DNA from: an uncultured delta proteobacterium
GTDB lineage: Bacteria; Myxococcota_A; Polyangia; Fen-1088
DNA: 64,000 nucleotides
Assembly: GCA_963796685.1 (NCBI GenBank)
Contig: CAWCMR010000001.1
Coordinates: 64,001-128,000 of the forward strand
Direction of reading: 5' to 3'
This document shows, piece after piece, positions 19,112-28,364 of this stretch (within the stretch, counting starts at the first letter, position 1; every line of letters starts with the position of its first letter). The notes below the pieces were generated by a model that saw only the letters and a list, made by a program, of their open reading frames with translations, did not search any database and was not told where the DNA came from. Made by a program: the position numbers and the translations under genes.

Positions 19112-21296
19112 TCCTTCGACCCGCTCGAAGAATCAAATTCATCGATCGATAAAAGCTATCGGAAGAAGAATGAGGCATCAGAGACCACATCACGTAGCGT
19201 TTCTCGACCGGTATATTCAAGCTTTTCGCAGCAGCTTCGGGATAGATAAGGACGGGCAGTTGTTCCTGACCCAAGCTCTTCATTAGAACGGATAGGGCAT
19301 CGTAAACGACTTCAATTCTCAACTCTTCTTGATCCAGCACGAACAGGGTGACGGAGTTGGTCAGATCGGAAAGGTTCAGTCCAATATCGGCGAGATTGAC
19401 CATGACGACGGCATGGAGGCGGTCATTTCGCTTGAGTGCGTAGAGGTGGCGCTCTCGCTTCAATCCCAACTTGTGGAACTGCTCGCCCAGATCGCTGGTT
19501 TGGGAACCCTGGGAGTGTTCCCCAACCCTGCCGCGCTCAGGCTCCGCTGGGCAAAGCCCGGCTCCGCCTACGCGGCTATGATCGACATCGCCTGGTTCGA
19601 GGTCGAGCGCGCCGATCATCAACCCCCCACCCGATTCGTGCTGGCAAAAACTGGATAGCTCGCGCAGGTCGTCGTCGTCGGTCGGGCTCAAGCAGTACCC
19701 GTGAAGGCTGCCTTCGACATTGTGGTCGCACTGCAGATGAAAATAGGCGAAGAGCGCCTCGGAACAGATCCGCGGATCGTCGATACCGCGGCATAGACCG
19801 CCGAATACGCTCCGGGGGAAACGGTTCTCCGGCCGATAGAAGCAGATCAAGTACTCCATGTGCATGAAGGAGAAACGACACGATTCGTTGATGAAGCGAG
19901 TGATGTGATCGAGCACATTCAGGCCGGCCCTGTACGTGTAGTTGGTGCGCGCCGCGTGGTGGTGAATCAGCCAGGTGCTGTCATAAAAGCGCACCATGGC
20001 CATGTGGCCGAGGATCTTGCCCTGGTCCTGATGGATGAAATGGCGGGCGATGCTGGGGCTACGAGCATAGAGCTTCTCGTAGGTCTGCTTGATCTGTTCC
20101 CGGTTCTTCTGGATAAAATCGTACTTCTGCGGGTAGATGAAACCAGTCTCGAAGAAGAAGCTCCACAGATCGTCCATGTCGACTTGGTTGCAGACATAGG
20201 AGAGACGGTCATCGGCGTGGTGCAGAAGCCCCACCAGCTGAACATGGTCTGCGACATCCATGTCGAGCAATGCCAGCCCGTACTTGAGGCAGGAGTCTTC
20301 GGACCCGTGCTCCAGTACCTGGCGGTGGACGACCTGCGCTCGACAAGAAAACCTGAAGTTGTTGGCAAGGCATAGATCAAGTCGGGGGATCATCAGACCT
20401 GGCATCAGAACTGCGTTGCGCGCGTACTCTTCCACCGCCAGACCAGAGGCGGAGAGGTCCAGCACCTTGAGCGATACCAGCCGTCCGGTGAGCGGGTGCT
20501 CGAAGACGATCGTCGGCGCGGGAAGAAGCTGCTGGCGAAGGCTGCGGTGCTGCTGGCGTTCGAACCGCTGGATGTGGTCCTGGGTCGGCTCGAACACGTA
20601 CTCCCGGCAACTCCGTCCGCCGGTCTGGCTGACAATCCGGCAGTCGCCCGAGAAGAGGATTTCGCGGTCGTTCGAGATGACCACCATCACTGGAGTGCCA
20701 GCGGTGAGCCAGCCAAAGGTTTGCGGCGGCGAGGCGTGAACGCGCGCGCGGAACGAGAGGGCGCTGAAATCGACCAGCGTGCCCTCGAAACGCGAGCCGC
20801 TCTTGAAGAGCTGTACCTGAATGCCGCTGCAGGGGCTCCTCACCACCCGGCGGGAGTACACCTCGGTGCAGACCTCGGGAAGCTCGATGACGATCCCCTC
20901 CCCATCGATCGATCTTACTTGACCAATGCCCTGCAGCAGCTTCTGTTCGTCCGGGACGAACAGCGATGAAAAGAGGTAGTATCTAGAGAGAGCCCGGGCG
21001 GCGTGCGGGTCGACCCAGGTGCAGCGAAGCCGGTTCTCCTGGCACGGCTGCGGCCTGGCTTCCACGCGTAGCGTGTGTCCATACCTCACGTGCTCGAATT
21101 CGAGCAGGACGGTCTTGTTCTGGAAGTTGAGGTAGTTGAGCTTGTTGATCAGACGTTCGCGTCTGACCGGTCGCGGCGCAGCGGCGAGAGAGGTGGCATG
21201 GATCGCGCCCGGGATTTTCGACGACTCGGCCATCGCTTCGCCGTCTCCGGGCACACTGCGCTCGCCGACACTGAAGTGCTGTTGAGCCTGGTCCAT
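19071..21296 (-). CDS. Tandem PilZ-domain protein with C-terminal GNAT-like region
   Basis: RRVVR...DFSALS and RSLRQ...DLSASG PilZ motifs; GHMAMVRFY..TWLIHHHA in C-terminal half. Confidence 0.78.
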   Translation of the reverse strand: MDQAQQHFSVGERSVPGDGEAMAESSKIPGAIHATSLAAAPRPVRRERLINKLNYLNFQNKTVLLEFEHVRYGHTLRVEARPQPCQENRLRCTWVDPHAARALSRYYLFSSLFVPDEQKLLQGIGQVRSIDGEGIVIELPEVCTEVYSRRVVRSPCSGIQVQLFKSGSRFEGTLVDFSALSFRARVHASPPQTFGWLTAGTPVMVVISNDREILFSGDCRIVSQTGGRSCREYVFEPTQDHIQRFERQQHRSLRQQLLPAPTIVFEHPLTGRLVSLKVLDLSASGLAVEEYARNAVLMPGLMIPRLDLCLANNFRFSCRAQVVHRQVLEHGSEDSCLKYGLALLDMDVADHVQLVGLLHHADDRLSYVCNQVDMDDLWSFFFETGFIYPQKYDFIQKNREQIKQTYEKLYARSPSIARHFIHQDQGKILGHMAMVRFYDSTWLIHHHAARTNYTYRAGLNVLDHITRFINESCRFSFMHMEYLICFYRPENRFPRSVFGGLCRGIDDPRICSEALFAYFHLQCDHNVEGSLHGYCLSPTDDDDLRELSSFCQHESGGGLMIGALDLEPGDVDHSRVGGAGLCPAEPERGRVGEHSQGSQTSDLGEQFHKLGLKRERHLYALKRNDRLHAVVMVNLADIGLNLSDLTNSVTLFVLDQEELRIEVVYDALSVLMKSLGQEQLPVLIYPEAAAKSLNIPVEKRYVMWSLMPHSSSDSFYRSMNLILRAGRRNGSSDDKRRSPPV

Positions 21297-21528
21297 GACT
21301 TTGATCCAAATCTCGAAGATGTTTGTGTGGAGGTGGGAGATCGAATACGTGAGGGGAGAGCATTGTAATCAGGAATTGGCGAGCTCTACTAGACCGGAAC
21401 GAGAACAGTCGTGTGACAAAGAGAACAACCATGTGACTCCGATGTGTGCCTTATGCGACACCCGGGCACATTGAGGTTTTCCATTCTGTCGCAGTTACGT
21501 TGCATCGCGGGGCGTACCATGAGGCACT

Positions 21529-23371
21529 TTGGACTGGCTGGAACATACTGCGGCAGAGGAGCCGGTTCGGGGACGAGACCACTGGCGGGAGGAAGAGGAA
21601 GCGCTGCGCACAATCATCGACACGCGCCAGATCACCTCTGACTTTCAGCCTATCGTAGATTTGCACCATGGCACCGCGCTGGCCTGGGAGGTCTTGTCGC
21701 GTGGTCCGGAGTTGCTTGTTTCGCCGGCTGAAATCTTCGCCAAGGCGAAAGCCCTCGGCAAGCTACCAGAGTTGGAGGAGGTCTGCCGCGACGTGGCTTT
21801 GTGCTCGATTGCGCGGCTCCCTCCATCCGCGCGGTCACGATCGTTCTTCATCAACGTCAGCCCGAACGTGATCGGCGATCCGCAACCGATGAATGGACAC
21901 CTGCGGGCAGAGCTCGCCGACCTGGGACTCGATCGGCGAAACTTCGTCATCGAGATCATCGGGCGCGAATCGAGCGAAGGCCACGCCTCCCTCGAGCAGC
22001 AGATGCATTACTACGTCGAACAAGGATTCAGGATCGCCCTCGATGATATCGGCGCTTGCGGCGCGGACCTCGTCAAGCTCGTGACGTGCTCGCCGCATTT
22101 CATGAAGCTCGACATGACACTCTCGCGCGAGATCCACCGCCACGCTCACAAGCAGCGCCTCGTAAAGTCGCTGATGGCCTTCGCGGCCAGCGTGGATAGC
22201 GCCCTGATCGCCGAGGGAGTGGAAACCTGGGAAGAGTTGGAAACTCTGACACGCCTAGGGGTGCGCTACGCCCAGGGGTTCTTGTTCGCCCGGCCAGCCA
22301 AGATACCCTCGGATGTGCCAGAGGAAACCCGTCTCGAGCTGCGACGGATCATGCGCCAGTTCACCTACCGCGAGTCCGACCTCAACGAAACGGTCGGTCC
22401 GCTTGCGATTCGCTGCGAGACCATTCGCGAGAAGGAAAAGCGGGGCGAGGACGTGAACCGCATTTTCCAATGCCAACCCTCGCTCGATCATCTGACCATC
22501 CTACGTGAAGAGCGACCTGTCGGTCTGATCACGCGCCAGCACTACTACAACATGACGGGTGGCCCGGTTGGCTACCACCTCTTTCAGTGGAAGCCAGCCG
22601 AAGAGCTGGCCCGCCCGACGCCCCTCATCGTGGAGAAGCTCGATCAACGTGACGGCACTCGCAAAGCTAGCGATGGAGCGACCACCTGACGAGCTTTACG
22701 ATCCCGTGATCGTGGTGGACACATCCGGGAACCTGGTCGGCACCGTCACCATCCGGCAACTCATCATACGCTCGACCGCTCTGGAGGTTCAATCTGCCAA
22801 GGGAGCGAGTCCCCTGACCGGATTGCCTGGGAACCGAAGCATCGAGAGCTGGATCCTGAACGCATTCAATCAGACAGATGCTCACGTCCTCTACGCGGAT
22901 CTCGATCGTTTCAAGGAGTACAATGACTGTTACGGATTTTTGCGCGGCGACGAAATGATCCGATGTCTTGCAGGAGTGCTGTCGCGTATCCTGATGGCAC
23001 TGTCACCGGAAGCCAAGCTGGGACACATCGGCGGCGATGACTTCGTCATCGTCTCGCCAGCGACCGTTGGCCCCGAGAGCGTCGAAGCCCTTTGCCGTCA
23101 ATTCGACCAAGCAAGGATCGATCTATTCGATCCGACGGATGTTGAGCGCGGCTACTTTCGCGCCACCGACCGACGAGGCCAAGAGGTCGAAGTGCCTCTT
23201 GTCACCTTGAGCGTGGCGGTTGTCCCGTGCGAAGCCGTGCGAAACGTCGAACACCCCGGAGCGCTCGCCCAAATGGCCGCTTCGCTCAAACGTAAGGTCA
23301 AGGAAATAACCACGACCAGCCGAAAGAGCGAGTTCCTGTTCGAGCGCCGGAAACTGCGGCCCACGATCTAG
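21529..23371 (+). pseudogene. EAL-CBS-GGDEF protein, frameshifted near 22635
   Basis: FQPIVDL..WEVLSR, IALDD, IAEGVET, QGFLFARP in ORF 21529..22689; PLTGLPGN, DLDRFKEYND, HIGGDDF in ORF 22559..23371. Confidence 0.85.
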
Positions 23372-23436
23372 GAAATGGGCTCAACCGACTGCGCAGCCAT
23401 CGCGCGTTACGCGTGGATCTGGACTTGGGATCCTCG

Positions 23437-23504
23437 ATTTCGGCCGCGCCGAGCACGAGCACCCTGTGTCGCCAAAACTGATGAGATCAGACGCTTGGAC
23501 CCAG
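23437..23504 (+). repeat. Dispersed noncoding repeat, copy B
   Basis: ATTTCGGCCGCGCCGAGC...CCCTGTGTCGCCAAAACTGATGAGATCAGACGCTTGGACCCAG matches copy A. Confidence 0.85.
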
Positions 23505-23682
23505 GCCGACCGCCTCCTCGCCTGCCGGGACGAGTCTGAGGGCTCGGGGTAGGGAAGGCATGCGTCGACGATGAAAATCCGCCTGCCAGGACGCGTCTTC
23601 AAGGTGCGATGCGTCCGAGTCGATAGTAGCGACAGACTTCTCTACGGAAGAAGGCACCGACCCGATACAGAAAGACGCCAAC

Positions 23683-25368
23683 ATGAAATTCAACGACCTT
23701 CGCATGAGAGCGAAGCTGATGATTCTTGTCGGGTCGGCCTTGGCCGGGTTGATTGCCTATTTTCTTTTCGGCCACTTGACCATGCAAAGGGTGACCGTGA
23801 ACGGGCCCTTGTATCAAGAGATCATAGCCAATAAGGATCTCGTGGCCGATGTGCTGCCTCCTCCCGAGTACATCATCGAAGCCTTTCTGGTTACCAAGCA
23901 GCTCCAGGGTGAAGCCACCGGCTCTCAGCGGAAGGCGCTTGCCGCACAGCTCACAAAGCTCGAAAAGGACTACGAAGAGCGCCACTCGTATTGGACAGGG
24001 CACCTTCCAGCGGGAACCTTGCGTGATCAACTCACCAAGGACTCCTACGAGCCGGCGCGGCTATTCTTTCGCATTGCTACCGAGGAATTCCTTCCCGCGC
24101 TGATGAGGAACGACCTGGAGAAAACGAGAGCCAACGCAGCCCGGCTCAACGAGGCCTACGAGCAACATCGGGCTGCCATCGATAGGGTTGTGTCCGACGC
24201 GAATCAAGAAGCGGCGGCGCTAGAAAAGAACGCCGACGCCGTTCTCTATTCGACCAATGTGGGGACCATCGTCGCCTTCATGGTCCTGGCCGCGATGATC
24301 GCCCTCTTGGGTATTCGCACCGCTCGCAGTATTACTATTCCCATCAACGCCGGCGTGCAGTTGCTCGACCTTGCCAGCAAAGGGGACTTTAGCAGCGAGA
24401 TTCCCCGCGAGCTTCGCGACAGAAAGGACGAGGCGGGCGATCTGTGTAGATCCCTCGACGGTATGAGCAAGAACCTGCGAAAATTGGTGTTTGAGGTGGC
24501 CGAAGGGGTCCATACATTGGCCGCCTCCGCCACCGAGCTTTCCGCCATTGCGTCCCAGACTTCCTCGGGAACGCGAACTATGGCCGAAAAGGCAAGTACC
24601 GTGGCGGCGGCCGCAGAGGAGTCCAGCACCAACACGGTCTCGGTCGCGGCCCGCATGGAGCAGGCCGCAACCAATCTCGTTTCGGTCGCCGGCGCGACGG
24701 AGGAGATGAGTGCGACCGTGGGAGATATAGCAGCGAAGGTCGCCAAGGCTCACGCCATCAGCGAGGATGCCTCGGCGAAGGCCCAGGCCATCTCCTCCCT
24801 CATGCGCCAACTAGGGCAAGCGGCGCAGCAGATCGGGCAGGTCACCGAAGTCATCACGAATATCTCCTCGCAAACAAACCTGCTGGCCCTCAACGCAACG
24901 ATCGAAGCCGCCCGGGCCGGTGCGGCTGGAAAGGGTTTCACGGTGGTGGCCAATGAAATCAAGGAGCTTGCCGGGCAGACGGCACATGCCACCGAAGACA
25001 TCAAGTCCAAGATCAGTGGCGTGCAGACGTCCACCGCCGAGGCCGTCGCCGATATCGGCAAGATCTTCGATGTCATCAAGGAGGTCGGCAGCATCGTGGG
25101 CGATATCGCGGGCTCCATTGAAGAGCAGGCGACGGTGACCAGAGATGTGGCCGGCAATATCGCCGAGGCCACAAGTGGCGTGAAGGATTCGAACGAGCGC
25201 ATTGCCCAAACCGCAGGCGTTTCGAAATCGATCGCGCAGGACATCGCAGGTGTCAACGCAACGCTTGGCTATATCCGTCAGGGCGGCGAACACGTACAAG
25301 CGAGCGCCGCGGAATTGTCACGGCTGGCGGAACATTTGACGGCCCTGGTGGGCCAGTTTCGTGTTTGA
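23683..25368 (+). CDS. Methyl-accepting chemotaxis protein
   Basis: Two TM helices, HAMP (RKDEAGDL), signalling hairpin [37 protein letters not shown]. Confidence 0.95.
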   Translation: MKFNDLRMRAKLMILVGSALAGLIAYFLFGHLTMQRVTVNGPLYQEIIANKDLVADVLPPPEYIIEAFLVTKQLQGEATGSQRKALAAQLTKLEKDYEERHSYWTGHLPAGTLRDQLTKDSYEPARLFFRIATEEFLPALMRNDLEKTRANAARLNEAYEQHRAAIDRVVSDANQEAAALEKNADAVLYSTNVGTIVAFMVLAAMIALLGIRTARSITIPINAGVQLLDLASKGDFSSEIPRELRDRKDEAGDLCRSLDGMSKNLRKLVFEVAEGVHTLAASATELSAIASQTSSGTRTMAEKASTVAAAAEESSTNTVSVAARMEQAATNLVSVAGATEEMSATVGDIAAKVAKAHAISEDASAKAQAISSLMRQLGQAAQQIGQVTEVITNISSQTNLLALNATIEAARAGAAGKGFTVVANEIKELAGQTAHATEDIKSKISGVQTSTAEAVADIGKIFDVIKEVGSIVGDIAGSIEEQATVTRDVAGNIAEATSGVKDSNERIAQTAGVSKSIAQDIAGVNATLGYIRQGGEHVQASAAELSRLAEHLTALVGQFRV

Positions 25369-25389
25369 CTCCGCAGCCTCGGGTGTGGA

Positions 25390-25459
25390 GACGATCGAGC
25401 AGAAGAGCGGTATTTCGGCCGCGCCGAGCGCGATCGCCCTATGTCAAAGATCGCCTACA
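25390..25459 (+). repeat. Dispersed noncoding repeat, copy C (internally deleted)
   Basis: GACGATCGAGCAGAAGAGCGGTATTTCGGCCGCGCCGAGCGCGATCGCCCTATGTC joined directly to AAGATCGCCTACA. Confidence 0.85.
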
Positions 25460-25460
25460 C

Positions 25461-25525
25461 CTCAAACGATTGGTTCCCCTGGGAGGGAGACATTTGCGAT
25501 TGGCCATCGCCGAATACATGAGATA
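25461..25525 (+). mobile_element. Integrase-core transposase internal fragment
   Basis: LKRLVPLGGRHLRLAIAEYM resembles the post-catalytic L.RL.PLGERHLR...EY segment of this family. Confidence 0.55.
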
Positions 25526-25848
25526 CGCCTTGGCGATCTCGAGAAGTGCGGGCGCCACCGCGATCGACTCCCGCGCACTCCCCGCGATCGTCTCCATTAG
25601 GGATCGAGCACGAGCTCCCCAGCGTGTTCGCCCATGCCCCAGCTCCCGCAAGCCCGCATGCCGTCGTATGCCACTTCGCAGCGGCTTACCGAGAAGCGAA
25701 GATGCCTTCCGGTTTTTGCGGTCTTCGAGCCGATCTTGCCGAGTGGAATGGTCAGCTCGACCACCGCCACAATGGTGTTTCGCGGCCGAAATCGCATCCT
25801 GAAGCACCATCGGGCGCTCGCCCTCGGGCCACGTGTCCCGCATTCCTT

Positions 25849-26958
25849 CTAGCGCTGTGCCACGAGGCGCACGATGAACAACACGACACCGCCGATGGCA
25901 ATCATGGCGCTGATCAACTTGACGCCACGATCGGCGAACCAACGTGAGCGTCGCGCGGCCAGGATCAGCGGAAGCACGACGGCGAGGACGGCGAATTGAC
26001 CCGCTTCCACGCCCAGGTTGAACGAGACCAGCGCGATCGGGATCTGTCCTCGGGGCAAAGCGATCTCGCGTAGGGCACCCGCGAAACCGAACCCGTGGAT
26101 GAGCCCGAACGGGAAGGTGATGCGCCAGCGTTTGCTCGCGTCCTTGACGAAGAAGTTCTCGACGCCCACGTAGGCGATGGACAACGCGATGGCCGGCTCG
26201 ACCAGGCGCGGGCTGGGCGTCAGCACGGATAGCGACGCGAGCGCCAGCGTGATCGAGTGCGCGAGCGTGAAGGCGGTCACCACACCCACCAGCGAGCGCA
26301 GTCTCCCGCCAACGAGGATGAGGCCCAGCAAGAACACCAGGTGATCGGCGCCGGTGAGGATGTGCTCGACTCCCAGCTTCAGCATCGACCAAGCCATGCG
26401 GGCAGTGCCCGCGGGCGGGCTTGCCTCGTCCAAGGTCCAGGTGGCATGGGCTCGATCGAGCACCCTGACATTCGCCTTGCCCGCACGAAAAACGCGCGCC
26501 AAGTGCCGGTGTCCGGGGGCCAGCCCATCGAGAAGCGGGAGGGCCAGCATGAGCCGACCGGGAACCTCGGGACAGGTGTAGCGCACCTGGAAGACGACGC
26601 CGCCCTCGGCCTCCAGCACCCACGTGCGGTCTAGCGAGCCGAGGCAGGCTCTTCCGTCGGCCTCCACGGTCACCCCGCCCACGAGAGCGCGCGCGACAGC
26701 CTCGCGACCCGCAGTCAGCTCCTCGGCGTCGATTGAGCCGTCGTGGTTCGTGTCGATCATGGGGAGCAAACGGGCCAGCTCTCGACCGGCCATACCGATG
26801 TCGCCGTAGAGCACTTTGCCGTCCAAGCGGTACTCGCCGCTGGAGATGCCCACGGCATGGGCAAAGGCGAGGCGTTCGGGCGCCAACCCAGCGAGGCCGA
26901 TGGCGACAGCGGTGATGGTAGCGACGCGCCCGATCCTTCTCCCATGGAGACTCGTCAT
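25849..26958 (-). CDS. HupE/UreJ family membrane protein with periplasmic N-terminal domain
   Basis: Signal peptide AFA-H; LGVEHILTGADHLVF, TAFTLAHSITL, FGLIHGFGFA, FNLGVEAGQ. Confidence 0.92.
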   Translation of the reverse strand: MTSLHGRRIGRVATITAVAIGLAGLAPERLAFAHAVGISSGEYRLDGKVLYGDIGMAGRELARLLPMIDTNHDGSIDAEELTAGREAVARALVGGVTVEADGRACLGSLDRTWVLEAEGGVVFQVRYTCPEVPGRLMLALPLLDGLAPGHRHLARVFRAGKANVRVLDRAHATWTLDEASPPAGTARMAWSMLKLGVEHILTGADHLVFLLGLILVGGRLRSLVGVVTAFTLAHSITLALASLSVLTPSPRLVEPAIALSIAYVGVENFFVKDASKRWRITFPFGLIHGFGFAGALREIALPRGQIPIALVSFNLGVEAGQFAVLAVVLPLILAARRSRWFADRGVKLISAMIAIGGVVLFIVRLVAQR

Positions 26959-26967
26959 GCTGCCAGC

Positions 26968-28317
26968 TCAACGCGCGGGCGACTGTGGGACGGGCGCACC
27001 GCCCGCCTCGCGCACTGCCGCCGCCACGTAGGGCGCGTCGGTCAGCGTCCCCAAGAAGGCCACGACGGCATCTATTTCGTCATCGGTCATGGGCGGAGGG
27101 GATCCCTCCCGTTTGTTGTAAATGGGGGAGTAGATGTTGACGTTGCCACGGTACCTCGGCGGCACGTCGTCGAACTTCTGCCCCGGCGGGTAGACCAGGC
27201 CTGGCGATACCGCGCGCCGGGCGTAGAACACCACGACTTCGCGCAGGGTCTTGAACACGCCGTTGTGCCCAAAGCTGCTCTGAACAGCGACGTTGCGCAG
27301 CGACGGCGTGCGAAAGCTCGAGCACCACCTTTCGTCGTCCGAAGGAGTCGCCCTGTTTTTCCGTTCGCACAGGCCGAGATCGAAGGACGCGGCATTTCGA
27401 TTGCCGGGCAAATCGTGGTTGCGGGGAACGGCGACCGCATCGTACCCATAATCGGTGAACATCGACTCCGCCGGATTGGTTGACGTCTCGGCCATGCGGT
27501 GGCAACCAGAGCAGGCGCCCCGGCGTGGGTCCTTGAAGATCTCCAGACCGAGCCGCTCTTTCTCCGTCAGGGTCGCCTGGCCGCGTACGTAGGCATCGTA
27601 CTTCGAAGTCGCCGGCGTCATCGCGTCGCTCTTCAAGAAGGCTTCGAGAGCCACGCCGACACCGCGCAAGACCACTCCTGGCGCCGAGGACGGACCCATC
27701 GCACTGCGGAACTCCTTCGCGTAAGGTCCGCGCACGATCTTGGCGGCGAGGCGAGGCGGGGTTCCGGCGTTCATCTCGTCGGGGCTGAAGAGCGGCTGGC
27801 GCACGAGCTCCGCGACGCTGTCGGAGCGTCCGTCCCAGAAGAAACCGCCGCGCGGTTCAGGCACCGGGGCTTCGTCGTCCTCGAAGTAATGGAACTCGGG
27901 TACGTACCTCATGTACAGGACGGACGGCGTCGAACGACGAGCGAAGTGCCCAGGGCGGCTTCCGAGGGCCACTCCGATGCTGGAGCCATGTCGTCCCGAG
28001 AAGGCACGCGCCGGATCGTGGCAGCTCGCGCAGCTCGTTCCAGGCGGCTCCGACAAGCGTTCGTCGAAGAAGATCTTCTTGCCCAGAGCCACGAGCACCG
28101 GATTGTCCGGTGGTCCCTGGCGGGGAGGCACAGGAAGGACATGGGTGCGGCGGGCCGGTATCACCGGCGTACCGGACAGCCTGGGTACCTTCGCCGCGGC
28201 CCACGCCTCCGCGATGGTCGGCTTCGGCGCGGGCGAAGGTGCACCTTTCCCACAGGCCCCCAGCGCCCACACCAACGCGGCGCCCGTTGCCAGGCGCCGT
28301 CGGGATCGTGCTTCCAT
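26968..28317 (-). CDS. Diheme cytochrome c peroxidase/MauG superfamily lipoprotein
   Basis: CASCH and CSGCH heme motifs, LGKKIFFD, FFWDGR, FRTPSLRNVA, FGHNG; lipobox LGAC. Confidence 0.92.
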   Translation of the reverse strand: MEARSRRRLATGAALVWALGACGKGAPSPAPKPTIAEAWAAAKVPRLSGTPVIPARRTHVLPVPPRQGPPDNPVLVALGKKIFFDERLSEPPGTSCASCHDPARAFSGRHGSSIGVALGSRPGHFARRSTPSVLYMRYVPEFHYFEDDEAPVPEPRGGFFWDGRSDSVAELVRQPLFSPDEMNAGTPPRLAAKIVRGPYAKEFRSAMGPSSAPGVVLRGVGVALEAFLKSDAMTPATSKYDAYVRGQATLTEKERLGLEIFKDPRRGACSGCHRMAETSTNPAESMFTDYGYDAVAVPRNHDLPGNRNAASFDLGLCERKNRATPSDDERWCSSFRTPSLRNVAVQSSFGHNGVFKTLREVVVFYARRAVSPGLVYPPGQKFDDVPPRYRGNVNIYSPIYNKREGSPPPMTDDEIDAVVAFLGTLTDAPYVAAAVREAGGAPVPQSPAR

Positions 28318-28364
28318 TCTCAGGTTTGCGCGATTGGCACGGATCAACTCGGCCGTGCTCTCGG

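Noticed and set aside
11238-25459. Repeat copies as integron attC sites or CRISPR repeats
   Set aside because: No RYYYAAC/GTTRRRY ends, kb-scale irregular spacing, and no intI or cas genes in the window
25597-25797. Small minus-strand ORF resembling a sugar-binding domain C-terminus
   Set aside because: Too short and degenerate to support a call
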